This document shows positions 35,541-50,600 of a DNA stretch of 64,000 nucleotides, piece after piece. Under the pieces are notes generated by a model, which saw only the letters and a program-made list of their open reading frames with translations, was not told where the DNA came from and did no database searches. How positions within the stretch are numbered: position 1 is the first letter of the stretch; every line of letters starts with the position of its first letter. Location: NCBI GenBank assembly GCA_002633005.1, contig NMRA01000208.1, forward strand, positions 411,606 through 475,605, in the 5' to 3' direction. Made by a program: the position numbers and the translations under genes. Source of the stretch: Phoronis australis. Lineage: Eukaryota > Animalia > Phoronida.

Positions 35541-38539
35541 CCTCCTGTGTACTTTTGTCATCATTCTGTCATCATCACAAAAAGCCATAACAGTCTTCCT
35601 AAAATTGCATTGACATTGCATGGTGATTCATTCAACAGCAGATTTTTTACCACAACCTTAAGTGAAAGAACATTTTATTGCTTATTGTGATAAAGCAACT
35701 TGCTAGTATTAAGCATGGTCTAATAGCTACAAGCACGCCATCTGTTGTTACCTCATGAACTCGGTCTCTTTTTGTTTATAATAATTTTCTATTTTGTATT
35801 TATTGTGCTCAATCAAATGTTTGAATGTGTAATATGATTTGAATTGTATTAATAAACTCTATATACACTGACATTTGATTGATTTTTCACATTTATGTTG
35901 ATTTGTACTACAGGGATCCATTACAAGCAGGTGCTCAGAAAGTTTTAGAGCTTTATCTCCTTGTCAGCTCAGTTGATAATTCAGTGTCATGGGCTTCAGT
36001 GTATGCATGTCTAACCACGACCTTAACTCCACGCAAAGCTTACAGTGAGATTGATCCGAATTTCTGAGAATCTTTTCAGACTACATTCATAGTGTGGTCA
36101 CCTGGTTTCAAAAACTGACTACATGACTATTCTAAACACTGGAACAAGTGCTAACACATCAGACACTGCTATTCACCTGTACATAAAACTCCATTCATTC
36201 ATGTCAAGTCATCATTGTGTTTTGCTGTTCAAATAAAAGCGAAAATGTAAAGAAAGCATTTTATGTTAATACCACTATATTTTTCATCTTATCTTTAAAA
36301 ATTTCCACGTAGCATACTTTTTAATCATGTGAAGCCCAACTGCCATAAAATGTACAAAGAAGATGCATGGTGGAAGATATCAACAGGGAAAGTTTTTGAA
36401 ACTAAATGTAGAAATGAATGTAGGTAAAAGTTGATCAATTTTGTACTAAAATAATTGCCATAACTCTTCTCTTCATTTTTCAAGGGACCCTAACACTGTT
36501 ATAAGCAACGCCTGGTGGCAGGTATGGTGCAGAACTTGTACGCGGGAAAAGCATTTTTTTCTGTGAAAAAATGAGGAAATAATATTTCACTCGTCCGCTG
36601 TGTTGTGTCTAAAATTAGCGAGAATTGACCGTAAACCAACCGCAAGCTGACAGCGTAAAAGTTGATAACAGCCTAGGTCTAAAAATAAATAAAATTTCTC
36701 CGGTGTATAAGAAGAGGGATATCTTGGACCAGTAAGTCTGCTCCCTGTAGTAAATCAGGCATCCGAGTGGTTATTGTGGAAGCAGTTAAACCTCTACTTT
36801 GATAACATATTTTATAAACATTTGTGCTTATCGCAAAGGGCATTCATATCAGGATGTACTCTTACGACTCGCCGAAGAATTGAGGCAGGCCTTAGACGAA
36901 TGCTGGCTGTCAGTTAAAGCCTGTGGTCTCAGCGGCGAAACGTGCTCTTTTTTGAATTCCTCTCTGATAATGTCTGGAAGATGAATGAGAGTAAAAATTT
37001 GAATTTGAAATGCCCATACAGAGTGGTACCCAGTTCGTAAAGCATGAGTTCCCCAAGGCTCAGACCATGGACCTTTTCAACTTAATGTATTTATTCTACT
37101 TTCTGTAAGGGAGGCAACCTATGCAACTATGCAGATGGTAACACGGGAAAGTTTTTCGTTGACAATATTAGACAAACTCTGAATAACAAGAAGCAGTCAA
37201 CTGCTTTGCTCTCAAATTTACGACAGCAAACATGGAAATGTTTAAGACAACGATATTTTCCAGAAATACATATTGTGTGACTCTCAACAATACATTCTGA
37301 TAGGGAATGATGTCTTTCTCTGCGTAAAATCAATAAAGCTGTTGTGTGTCACAACCGACCCCGAGCTCAACTCGGATGACGTAGGACAAATTCCCCAAGA
37401 AGACTGCCAGCCAGACATGCGCTGTTCCGTCGTTGCCAGAGATGTATGCACTGTTCCTTCTTCTCTATCTCCTTTTGTTAACACCAAACTATGCATTTAT
37501 ACTGCAATCTTTTAATTGCTGCAAGCTTGTTTGGCATAACTGCGGCAGTTTTAGAGGGAGAAAATTGGGAAAATATCGCCCACCAAGGTTTGTTTTCAGT
37601 GATCAGTACCGAGGCTCCCTAGTAGTGCAAAGAAAGAAATTTCTAGCTATAGAGGTTTTTAAGAACCCTTCCACCCTTCCAAATCCACGGACCTCAGGCC
37701 CTTAGCTTTAGGAACTCTGCATACTATACACGAGAGGCAGAAATCTATTAACATAAGATCTGGGTTTCAATCAGAGCCGCAGAATGGGGAAAATGCCTCT
37801 TACTAGCCAACTGGTCTGTCTCCATGGAATAATTTACATGAGAAAATTAAATGTTGTACAGCTAAATTAGTTTGAAACCCTAATCTCGCACCATATCCAA
37901 GTCTTCAATCGTAACTGTCAAGACTGTATGCAGTAGAACTCCAATGACCACTTCCTCCGGCCAGCTCAATTTGTTATTATAATTCTTGTCATCCTAATGC
38001 TTTAAATAACATTCAGTAAAGATTTATCATTTATATCTGTTACTAGCACGTGTGTTAACATTTTGTTTCTTGTTATAGTTTCCATACCGATGCAAAATAA
38101 AAGTGCTACTTGGCTTTAGCCATAACCTACATCAGTAACAGTTCCCTCAGTGGCATTCACTGATCATGTACCAGGAACAATAGTTTTTAGTAGCACACGT
38201 GTTTATAACAGTAGACAAGACTTTACTTTGTGTTTACACTACAGGTTATTAGTTATGCAAAATGACAATGGTTGAACCATAGACATCTTAATACTATGGC
38301 TATGGGCTGAACTAGACCTCGCGCACCACACGTACTGTCCACTGAAGAGATTAATTCTCTTTGGCACAACGCTGAATGTGAAAAAGCCGCCAGAGCTAGG
38401 ATTCATAAGTTGAGAAAATCATATGTGGGTTCACATATTGGTTATTGACACATGCGTTATGTTCAAATAAAAAGATACTAATTGCCTCTGTACTGAACTT
38501 TAGACCTCAAAATGCCACGAAGAGGAATCCCCATGTTGT

Positions 38540-38678
38540 GTTTGTTTACAATTGACTTCCGGGTTTCCTAGTCACGTGATTCACAATATGCGCCATCTTG
38601 GCTGATCTTCAGTCTTCAGAAGCATCTCGAGTTCCGTTAATCTCATTTAACTTGTATTCTGTATAATGTTGGCAGGTG
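38540..38678 (+). promoter_or_regulatory. Probable promoter and non-coding first exon of the ARHGEF7-like gene
   Basis: ACTTCCGG (ETS, 38555), GTCACGTGA (E-box, 38571), CGCCATCTTG (YY1, 38591), then a strong donor gtaagt at 38679. Confidence 0.65.
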
Positions 38679-40635
38679 GTAAGTTTTTACAATGAAGTGT
38701 AAACAAAAATTCAATCGCATTCGCTTTTGGGTTTGTCTGTTTGATCTTAAGTTCATGTTTGCCGGCTTGCTTTTGCATGGTGCTTCCATTGCCATTGGTA
38801 GGCATTGGTTTCCTCATTTGAGTTTTGACAATTATTGAATTATTCCGATCTTGACTCAACTCCACTGTCGAGTAAACTGAAGTGAACAGTCGTGCTTGCT
38901 ACGTCCGTTTATTCGGTTAACCCTCATTAAAGACCATCAGCTTGCTACCTATGTAATGAGCAACAGAGAGATCTAAAACTTACCTGTTTTAAAATCGACC
39001 TGTGCCTGTGGCAGTGTGGGGCTGTTAACAGTTGATTGTTGCAGGTGTAGAGAAATTCACCTACCCAAGGGCGGTACTGCCATTGCTCCAGTCGAGTAAG
39101 CAAATCGATGAGCTAAAAGGCAATTGCGCATTGGCAAGTGATTAAGAAAAACTTAAGTTGACTCATAATCAGTCACACCCTGATCTGGAAATTCACCACA
39201 CCCCTCTCGATTGTATGAAGTGTTGGGAATATCCAGTTTCTTGTGTGAATGTAATGCCGTATATATACCTCTTAGAATTGTTTGCCAAGTTGTAATTGCC
39301 TCTTGGCCAAAGAGTTTGGACCTTGAGACGCTCAACTTTCTTGGTGGCCTGTATTTGATATCTGCAATTCTACTCTGGCACTCAACAACAGTAGAATCCA
39401 TGACGCAGAGAGACACATACAAAATTCGTGAAATGCGAGTTACTCACTTACTCCCAAACTCTCCTGAAAAGCAGACTTCCCTTGTGGTCTGCATGGATCT
39501 GGAAATTCACCACACGATCTTGTGGAGTGTTGGCATTTTGTGCTTGGAGGGCAGTTGTATACCATAGGTGTCGTGAAAAAACAATAAGTCTTTTGAAATT
39601 GACATATACAGTGTTCTCCACGACTTGTTTTAACTCGACGCTGTAACAAGTTTGGATTTCGAGTTTGGAAAATGCGCGTGAGTTTGAAAAGTGCTGCTTC
39701 AGGTTTGAACTTTTGGCCTGGCTTGGCATTTCAGCCCTCGACACTAATGCAGGGCCTGATTAAGTAACATCAAGCCCATTGCAGAATGTTAGAGGCAGTC
39801 AACACTATATGTATAACTTTGTATGACACTACAAAAAGAGTTTAAATTATCATTAACAAAATCTGCAAAAATCTTCAACTAAAAAAAATTTCATGGAGTC
39901 ATCTAGCTTGCTTAATCAAATGTCTAATCTACTTTGTCATTCTAACTTTAAAATTTTGCAAGTCAATCTGTAAAGAAACAATTTAATTGGCTTAATAAAG
40001 ACAATTTTGATTTTGACTGACACCTAGTGGCAAGTTAGAGCTTTTATGAGCTTATTCAACTTGACAACAGGTGTCACTAAAAACTAGGTCACATCAGAAC
40101 TCATGTTAGTAGTACTTAATATGTCTAATTGATATTAAAATCGGCATTGATGTTATTAAAAAGAACTTTTAATCTTTTGTTTGATGCTCTGGGTCTGTCA
40201 AATGCTTTGGAGGAATTATGAGATATATTGGTAGGAAAGCTAAACTTTGAAGTGTCTAAAAAGTAGGTCACACCAGTGCAGTGTGCAGTTTTAAACCATA
40301 TATAAATACCTCCAGCAAACCCATGAGTTTGATTAGAAATGACACAATGTCAACAACTGCTACTAAATGTTTGCGTCGAGTTTGGAATTTACAATGTGGA
40401 GAACACTGATATATATGGTCAGTGAAAGTGGTTCTTTGTGAACCCTGCTCTATTGTTTTATTACTCCATATGTATTCTTAATAGCCAAGCCCAGAATGGT
40501 GAATTATTTCCTGGCACTATTTCACCTCATATCCGCAAGCTAGAACTTGAGGCCAGAACCCAAACAGCTACAAAATTTTCTTGTGCACATATATCAGACC
40601 TGTAGAAATGTAAAAATTATTAAGGTGAGAGAAAT

Positions 40636-40832
40636 TTGTCTTCATCTGTCCCCGTAGCCATGACTCATTGTCTTCATCTGTCCTCGTAGCCATGACTCAT
40701 TGTCTTCATCTGTCCCCGTAGCCATGACTCATTGTCTTCGTCTGTCCCCGTTGCCATGACTCATTGTCTTCATCTGTCCCCGTAGCCATGACTCATTGTC
40801 TTCATCTGTCCCCGTAGCCATGACTCATTGTC
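40636..40832. repeat. 32-bp tandem repeat, 6 copies
   Basis: ttgtcttcatctgtccccgtagccatgactca, period 32. Confidence 0.95.
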
Positions 40833-41138
40833 ATCCCTTGTAGTCACAAAGTTAACTATAACTTCACCTTACTCACTGCCATAATGCCACCCATCTCAAT
40901 TGTGATCTCAGATTTTGAACTCTTCCCAGTGGCCTAGTTCCACTCCATCTGTCACAAACGAGTTTGTATAGAATGCAAATTTTGATGGAGAAAATTGAAG
41001 TCGTAAGAATTTACTACTGCAATATGGTAACAACATGTGAACTAAAATTATACTTTCCCTTGTGACATAAATTTCTATATGGTCCCAGAATAGGGTATGT
41101 CTCATCTAAATCTACTCTTCCATGTTAACAACTTACGA

Positions 41139-41365
41139 AGGGGCAGTGTGTCCTACTGGGGTAAATGTCTGCTTACTTTAATGAAAGTCGTGAGCTCGAG
41201 TCCCAGTGGCGCACGCTGCTAGACCCCGTGGTTGGGTCTCTAGATACTCAGCTTGGTTTTAACTAACTATAAAAACTAGAAAAGAGTAAAAATGGTTCCA
41301 GGTGATGGGCCCATCTGAGCGGCCTATGCACGCCTGGTACAACATGTACTGGACTGCTTGCAATT
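41139..41365 (+). mobile_element. tRNA-derived SINE
   Basis: A-box-like ggcagtgtgtcctactggggtaa, B-box-like gagctcgagtccc, hairpin ctagacc...ggtctctag; body shared with the copies at 19113-19170 and 45170-45947 (minus). Confidence 0.7.
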
Positions 41366-44300
41366 ATTTTTTCTTTTCTCAGGTCCCCCATCCTTCATCC
41401 CGCCTCCTAGTCCGCCTTATGGATGCCTCTTGTTATATACAGAAGTAACCTGAGGTTGACTTCGGTGTTCAGATATAATAATTAGTCTTGCGTGAGAGCT
41501 CTATCCACTGGGGAATTGGTAATGGCGCTCATTCCTTCTTGTTTTTACCTTGGCAATGCAGGTTGAATTTGTAGCCAAGGATTGATTTGGCTTGACAGTT
41601 ATTGGCTACCTGCTGAAAATCAATGATGTGTCCAGGTTTTGGTAGTTTCCAACTACTTGTATAGCTGGTAACACCTTCCAATACTCTATTACGCCATTTG
41701 GTTACACTTTTCCATGGCACCTTTCATGCATAGAGGTGCACCTTTGGAGGTTAAAATACTAGATTGACTTCTTTTCATCAGGCTTAAGTTTTTGGTAAGG
41801 AAATTGACAGTGAACTGTTTATACAGAGGGTTGGAAAGGGTACCCATCTTGCAGCCACAGAGGGGGGGNNNNNGGGGGGGGGGGTGTAGCACAGATATGA
41901 CTCGTGGCTGTTGCTTGTGTTGACTCGTGCTTTAGGTTTGCTTATGGTCTGACCAACTGTCTCTCCATTTTGTGGTTCAGTCACCGGTTTTTAACCCATA
42001 ACTTGTCAAAGTTGTTATAAGACTTGTTTTTTCACCTGCACTACAGCGGGCAGTTTTTGGACACATTTTAATTTAATTAAAATTTCTATTACTTATAAAA
42101 AGTGCACTAGTATTCTGTTTTTTGCCAGTTCAGTGAGTATGGCGTTGATCCTCGGTTATCGAATCCTAGCTTATGTTTGTACAGCGTTCTGTTTTGATTG
42201 TAAAAGTTATTTACACGTCCAAGTTAATGCTCAATGTTTGGCTTGAACAAAAGTCATAAGCTCACAAAATTATGAATTTTCTTTTTTAAACGATGACAAA
42301 ATGCATATCCTGCAGACCATTTATTCTGTAATTGATTTTTACCAACTGAACAGATAATTGTATTTTCCTTGCTGATCTCTGTCTCTAACCATAATATATT
42401 TTTGACCTTTTTTATCTGTTGTTATAGTAGTAGGGTGTCTTGTTGTCTGGATTACATTTGGATATCTAGTGTTGCTTTTGACATTTGATGAATCATGGGA
42501 AGACGGTATAACACTGGTATTGTACTTAAAGATAAACATTTATATTGATAGTAGGGTATATGATTCACAATGTTGTATTTGTCAAGAATTAGTGTAGGTT
42601 GACTTGCAGTGTGCTAGATATTTTTTGAGAACTTGTTTTTTAAGTCAGGTGTTAGGTGATGATAATTTTATTTGTTTAATTATGCATGTCTCCATCCCCT
42701 CATACATCATAGTGTTCATGCATCATTTCACATATATCTTGTAGATGTATTACAGATAAATATGAACATGCACCACTCTTTTTAATGATTTCTATTAGTT
42801 CCAAAATTACAACAAAAATTAAATTGTCTAAGGTTCATCATTCATCAACAATGACCTCCGATTTTGGCAATTATAAGAAAATTTGCAGTATTCAGTAATA
42901 TCCATTTATGACTGAATTTCATGATGAAATTTTAATCGCAAGTGGGCTCAAACACCAGGAAACAGTTATAAATACCAGGGCTAAGCTCTGTACATGCAAG
43001 AAGCTGACGTAAAAAGCAGTGTGATCACGTGCTTCTGGTCGTAATGCATGGTAATATGTCATAAAGACTTGAATGATCTTGATTTTGCATATTGGGTCTA
43101 TCGAACATAGACCAGGCCTTTCAACTATCTAGCTGACACTGGGACATTAGCAAACACTTGCAAGTTTTGTGGAGCAGTGTCTTGTAATATAATGACAGTA
43201 TCTCCAGAACACTTGCCTGAACTAAGGAAAGCTGGTCAAACATTCTAACAGCCCCCAGTAGTTCCCCCCTCTCTCATGGTCATGAACAAAAAAGATGTGA
43301 CATGTTCGTATTTCCTATCTTTTATTGTTAGTATAACATAAATTATGTATTTGTAAACAGTTCCTCATTTTGTATATGTCACTTGATGTCCCTTGTGTAA
43401 ATTAGCAAAGGCAAGTGTTGCCATTTGTGTTTTGCTTAGAAATCCCATGCCATATGGTTTGTATTATAGCATGAAAGTTGTGTCATAGGATTTGGTCAGC
43501 TGAAACTACTTAGCCAAAGTGGAATGGCTCTGTTGTATGAGCATAATGCACCCTCTGGTGGACTGTTTTGTATACACATCTCAGTCTTGTTTATGTTGGG
43601 TCTCTGGACATGATCATATGTGGCTTTGGACTGAGCTTTTTAGGAATGTGGGTCTCACCCCATCAGGTACATTCTGATTGGTCAGAGCTTATGTATTTGA
43701 CATTTGTCACATTCTGATTGGTCAGAGCTTTGTATTTGAGATGTGGCATATTTAACTACAGGACAGTCCACCTGCAGAATCCAAGGAGCTATCAGTCTCA
43801 CCTCATCTCTAAAAGTCTAAGCTTCGTGTCGGGGCTTTGTTCCCATTTGGCTTTGCCCATGAAAGTTAAGCCCAGTATATTTCTCCTCTGAAGTGTCGCT
43901 ATTTGTACATTACCCAGACTTTGTACCCATGGTAGTTAAGGCTCCTATTCGGTTTCATCCTAAAATTGCCAGATCCATTCTGTACCCGTGAGCTACTACC
44001 TGGTTTGCCTCAATATAGTATATCATAAGTTTTAAAAGTGGTACGCTGTGATATGTAAGTATACATCTATCATGGACGTTTGCTGTCTGTAAGTGTCCCC
44101 CCCCTTTTCAGTTGGAAAGTTTTTTTTGAATTTGTTGAAGTCATCATAAATAATGGAAATGCCATTGGCAGTTATAAAAGTCTGACAGTGAGGTTCAATT
44201 CTGAGTAAAAATTAGTGGTTATGTAAGACTTTATATGGAATTTCCAGATGCTCCATTTTGGTTGATCAACACTTGAGCATCTCTGTGTATCATTTTAATC

Positions 44301-44646
44301 ATGAGTATCTGTTTTTTATGTTTAAGCCATGATTGTGCTTCCATTAGTAAGTTACATAGCAGTACAGGCCAGAAATATTATGACAAAGTTTCATTTCCCT
44401 GTCATGACAGTTGATGATCCCATCATTCAAGATATTCTGATGGTCAGGTCAACTTCAACTCTGCCATCATGATGAGGAATTGTGGGTTATTTTGTCAGAT
44501 CATTTTACGTGTAGTGAACATAATGGTTCTATTGTTCCATTTTCATTGGCAGGGGAAGCAATAGCCTCTCTCCCCCACCTGTTTGTTGCCACGTAACCTG
44601 ATGGTCTGATTTCTGAAGTCTTTCCATTTTCAGTATGTAAGATGTG

Positions 44647-47600
44647 ATGGGAGACACTGGACAACCCAAGCTGTACCGGGCACTGTATACATATAATGCA
44701 GAGAACAATGACGAGGTATGTAACACTAATTAGTATTGTACGTGTGGCATTTTCAAACAGTTTTATGGTCGTTACGTTATTTCAATCTTGTGTAGTGTTA
44801 CCAGCCGTTGTATACTTCTGTGTCTAACCAACACCACGTTCAAACATTGAACTAAATCTATGTCTGTTTTCCTCTGTAAAATATGATCAAAAGTAGTATT
44901 TGGCACTTTGATATTGTAAATAAATGTCAGTTTCTGTTGTTTTCTGTGCATGACAGTATATGTTGATCAGTGAAGTTACCAAGGAAAGACCATGCAGTAG
45001 CAGCCTTGTTGTCATGACAACTGTACTTTTTTAATGTGACCAGTTATAGCCTACAAGTGTTTGTTACACTCATCATGTCAGCACCTTGTTTTTAGTTCTG
45101 GTGTTTGTTTCATGAAAAACTACTTAAGACTTAAGTCAGAAATTTGGTACTATAGTTAAAATAAAGGAATAATTGCTGGCAGTCTGGTACACATTGTACC
45201 AGACATGTACAGTCCGCTCAGATGGCCCATTGCACAGATGACCTGGAACCATTTTTATGCACCCATGTATTCATAGATGACAACTATGCCTTTCCATTTA
45301 TGGACAGATATAACATATTTTGCACCACCTGGTGGTCATTTTTATGATTTTGAGTTCGTTTTTAGCGTCCTCCAATTTATCTGCCAAACTGCTCACAGGA
45401 TCATTATGTATCATAGCAGTTGTGTTCTTGACTATGGCTGACATTGATTTTTGGACAAACCTGACCAATGTGACGTCCCCTAACGGTGATTTTGTATTGT
45501 TGCGACCATGGCTGCAGCTCCTGATTCCTTTGCATGATGTTTGTGCACTTTTGTGGGTGTTTTCCTATGATGTGACAATGGCTGCCCATGACTTTTTTAT
45601 TTTTTGTCTGCCTCTGTATTTTTGGTGTTCCTTGATGGATTTTCATGGAATTTGACAGTCAACTAGTTTTGTAATAGAGATACAGCGAAGCTTTCCCAAT
45701 TTTGGACATTTTTGATGTATTCTGCGCCATCTGATGGCCATTTTTATGATACTCAAAAACACCATTAGATTTGCAGCATTTGCATCGCAGTCGTGGTCAC
45801 ATTTCAACGCTGTGCGTTGCTCTTGTTATGCTTTATTAATATATAGTTAAAAATAAGCTGAGGAGCTAGAGACCTGACTCAGGGCTCTAGTAGTGTGCCC
45901 CAGCGGGACACGAACCCACTTGTCCCACTAGGCAACACTGCCTCCTCATTTTGGTCTTATTTCCTCATTCACTATTACTGAGCAATACCTAGCACATCAC
46001 TGCCCAGGTGTATTTTATACAAATTATGTCACTAGCTAGCAGTTTTGGGTGTATTCTTAGATACCTTATCAGAGACAGTTGTGTGGAATGTAAGTCCAAA
46101 CTTTTTTCTCATGGTAATTCGCCATTTATTTCAGGTCATTTTTGAGTTTTTCAATGAGTGATTACTTTTTTTACAAATAACGGGAATTTTAGAAAATGTT
46201 GTTTTATGTGATACACACCTTATATTTCATACTTGTAATAGACTAAAGTGTTTTTAATCTTCATTTTTGTGAAGATACCCACTTCCTTCTGAAGTACTCC
46301 AAAAAGCCAGGTTCTCACTTGGTCTGCATTGAAATGTCCGTCATGTGGAGGTTTGTCATTTTATAATGAAATAAAATTTCGTAAGTCAGCCATATTGTGT
46401 GATAAGTAACAGAAGAATTATCAGAAGTACTAGTATTGAGTCACATTCCATGGATCCTGAATCTGTGTAGGAAATTACATGAATGATATCTGAATTGTCC
46501 CTGGGAAGGGCACTTGAATATTCTGTAAGAACTCCTGGGGTATTGTTGATTTGTAGAGTCTGGTACTGTCACTCTGCTTCCATACTTTTCAGTTGTGCTT
46601 TGTGAAAGGTGATGTCATCACTGCTACGCAAATCATAGATGGAGGATGGTGGGAGGGGACGTTAGAAGGCAAGACAGGCTGGTTCCCTAGCAACTATGTG
46701 AAGGAGCTAAAGGGAGGTATGCCTCTTGACTCCGTGGAAGAGAGTAGGAATTTGAATTTGTGCCAAATCTAAGGAGATGTCCTCAAATGTACAAATAGAT
46801 TTGAAATATGTGGTTAAAGACGCTAACTTTCTGAGTGAAGACTTACCCATTTTCTCGGAAAATAACCCATGCAAGAATACGTTCTTCACTAAAAATTTCA
46901 GTGGAATCCTGTTTTGGCAGTGAATTTGGAGTTAAGTCAATTTTGTCAGTCAAAAAATGAGCAGTGGCTTCGATATTTCTTATGTTCACTTTGTGTTTGG
47001 TCGCTCTTTATTTTTCTTCATTATCAAGATCGGGTCCAACTCGCATGATTATGGGTTATGTTCTTGGAATACTGAAGTGACATTCAAAGTCTTGAGAAGT
47101 ATAATTAGGATGAACTGTGACCTCATGGTTTTGGTGTATTGAGCCTCTTATCTATTAGACTAACAACTCGTTTACTCATCTGGTTTCACTTATTTTAACA
47201 ATTTGCGCCCTTTTGTATCATTAGTTTTATCTCAAATATTTTTAAGTCTGACCAGCATGCCACATTATGTGACCTAACGAATATAAGTTTGATATGGCCA
47301 ACAGGTGGCGTGCTGACCACACTTAAAAATGTTTGCGATATACATTTTCATGCTGGTATAAGAATAACCTATTTATATATTATTAGTTCTGTGCTCAGAT
47401 TGTAGGGCTGGAGCCAAGAGCCCAGTTAGTAAAGAGTTGATGGTGAACCGTCGTGACAGTATGGCACAGTATCACATGGTCGTCGTAGAGAGTATCTGTG
47501 AGTCTGAGCGATCGTACGTCAATGAACTGAACACCTTCCTACAAGTCTATATTCGTCCACTTCAGGCATCAGGAATGTAAGACTTCTAATCATTTCCTAT

Positions 47601-50600
47601 TCTTTGTCTAATTTGTGCTACTTGTGTGACCTCTGGGTGGATAATTCGCAACCAAAAAGGATGGCATGTTGTTTTAGAAATCTAACATATTGCAGAAAAA
47701 TCTTGGTCTGATGTTTGATGGTCATTCATTATGACAGCCATTCAGTTGGCTCATTAGATTATTTTATTTGTATTGTTCACATAACCAGATAGCATTTTAA
47801 ATACTCTCTCGTTGGGCTGAGTGTTTTCTGAAGATGTGTGCTGAACCAAAATTGCATTTTAAGCTGAGTTTATAACAATTTTCTTGACGTTTAAAATATG
47901 TTAAGAGAGACATCAAATTACAGCATTTGGTTTGCTTGTGAATGTGGTCTGAATGTGATATTATTTTCAGCTTGTCCAATGCTGAGTTACTCCATCTAGT
48001 GGGAAATGTGGAAGACATTCTCAGTTTCCAGCAAGCATTCTTGTCATCTATAGAGGAAGTGGCCAAGTAGGTTCATATGTCGACGGCTAATTTTGAATAA
48101 CTCTTGCCGATTAGCAAGCTTCAATCAGTCCCTCCAAAACAAAGTGCTCATGGTTGTTCCTTTATTTCTTTTAATTACTTTAAAAATGATTTTATAGCAA
48201 GAATAATATTTTAAGTTTTGATTGCCTTGAAGTTTGAAGAATTGTTTCAATTATTTAACGTACCTATGTTATTGGCTCGTTTTAGGATTTTGGAAAACCA
48301 GTAAACTAGATTAGTCTGTGCCTCCATGCATGTTTATAATTGTTCTCTATCCATTACAGGTTGCCCACGCCTCAGCAGCGGGTCGGTGGGCTGTTTATAA
48401 AAAATGCACTTCGCATAAAATCCCTGTATGAAAGCTATTCTGGTAACCATCCTAAAGCTGTGTTGGTTCTTGCCAGCAAAAGGTAGATTTGATGTTTTAT
48501 ATTCAACACAGTTATTAATTCTCAACCCGTCACATTTTAGGATCTTGAATGATTTGCAATCGCTCTGACAGATAGAACTGTCTGCATCATGATATGTTTC
48601 CAGTTTAGCATGTGCAATTTTGGTCATGCACTGTTAAACGTGCGAAGTTCCTTATGCACGCACATAAATACCAACACAAGTTTTGGAAAGTCGGAAATAT
48701 TACACAATGACGGGTGCTGATCCAGGTACATAACCAGGTGGTCTCACTTTGAGCAAACATGGGTGCTTTCAATTCTTCCACTGCTCACAGGGGGGGGGTC
48801 AACAAGGCACCCAAAATGGGCTCAGTTCAGGATGTCCATGACCAGTGGTGCAGAACTGCATTTTCAAGACCCGAATTAAGATTGCTGTTATAGTTTGGTA
48901 TGTTACTTGGAGACGTGGTTAACTATTGTTTATTCTGGACAGTCCAACAAACTCCCAGAGCTGCTGTCATCAAGTTACTACACACCAACATCAATGCTCG
49001 CTTGCTTACTTTACTTTTGGTCCCAAAACGTAATGGGTCGTCCTAGTTAGGGTGTCTATATTTAAGTCAGGGTGTCCATTCGGACGCCCTGCACACCCTC
49101 TAAATGAAAGCCTGGTTGCTCAACATTGAAGTGATTGACTAAGAACCCTTAAATAAATACAAATACTGCACAAGAGAAAACCCGTCTGTATGTAACCGCA
49201 GCAGCTGAAAATTAGTTCCGCCTTGCCCCAGGTTTGTGGCCACATTAGAATTAGAAGTGGCACAAGTTACCCTAGAACAAGTTGGCCTAGCTCGATAATG
49301 TGGAGTGAAATGTCACAAGTTTGGTTAGTTGCGCTAGTTTAAACAGCATCCAGACAGCACTCAAACCTAGCGACAACTGGTTCCAGGAGTAACTGTCTCC
49401 AAGATAAGTCTATGTGTGGACGGCACTTTAGAGGCTGTACCCCTTGAACCACCATCTTAGTTTCCTCCCCAGGCAGTTTCTCAGGCACAATCATCAGTGT
49501 ATTAGTCGAGTAAATTATTAGCAAATGTTCCCCATTGTTCCTCTGTACAAAAAATTCAGAAATCAATAAAACCTACTTGAAATATCACCAATGTTGACTA
49601 GTAGTGCTTACCTTGAGACTTTTGTCTATTTCCACAGGGAGGAACTGAGTAAGTTTATGGAGGCAAAAGGAGCGTCCAGTCCTGGAATAATGCAGCTGAC
49701 CACTAGTCTGTCCATGTTCTTCCGTAGACTGGACAAGTACCCAGCACTACTAAAAGAGCTGGAGAGACATATAGAGGTATGCTGGAGTACCTTAATTATT
49801 TTAACAAAAGTAACCTCATCACTGCTGAATAGTGCTGTCCATGAGGCCCCTCAACACATTCACCTATTCTTTCCCTTTCCAGGAACGCCCTCACCACATT
49901 CACGCAACACTCCCTTTTCACAAGGGCCCTCAACACATTCACACCATATTCACTGCTGTCCAACACATTTACTGCATTCACACACTTAACTTAAAACCGA
50001 GCATATGGAGACAATGCGAACCATTGAAATGTATTGTCCTAAAACAAACTGTTAAGCAAATATTTCTATGAATTTCATCTTGCGATTTTTAAAAAATGTT
50101 GCTAAAGCTGTATAGAAATAAAAAATCTATCTTGTGTGTATAAATTTGGTCCTACTTCAATTTAACTTCAGGAAAGTCATGTTGATCGAGGGGATACCCA
50201 ACGTGCAATTGTGATATACAGAGACCTGCAGAACTCGTGTCAAGATCTACGCAAAAAGAAAGAGATGGAGAATGAGATACTGAGCAGCCCAATAAAGAAC
50301 TGGGAGGGAGAGGTAGGGAAACTGTTAGTGCCAAGAGATATGGACTGGACTTTGCAACTCAGAATTACTTTTCAACAAAATTTGTTGAAAAGCAAATTAA
50401 CTTTTAAATTTCATTGTTAATGTCAAATATATGGTAAATTGTTTAGTATTTACAGCAGTGTGACAGGCATTTCTATTGTAGAAAAATCTTTTAAAAAATG
50501 ATTGTTTTTCTTAAAGTAAAAAAGTAGCCATGCATTCCTGTATATTTCCTGTTTTCTCCTCTTCCTTTGTCACAGTGTCGTCTGCTCTTCCTTTGTCACA

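Noticed and set aside
36480-37705. Possible decayed transposon or gene between LRRC63 and ARHGEF7
   Set aside because: Slightly coding-like composition, but no recognisable motif, TIR pair or consistent frame could be established by eye.
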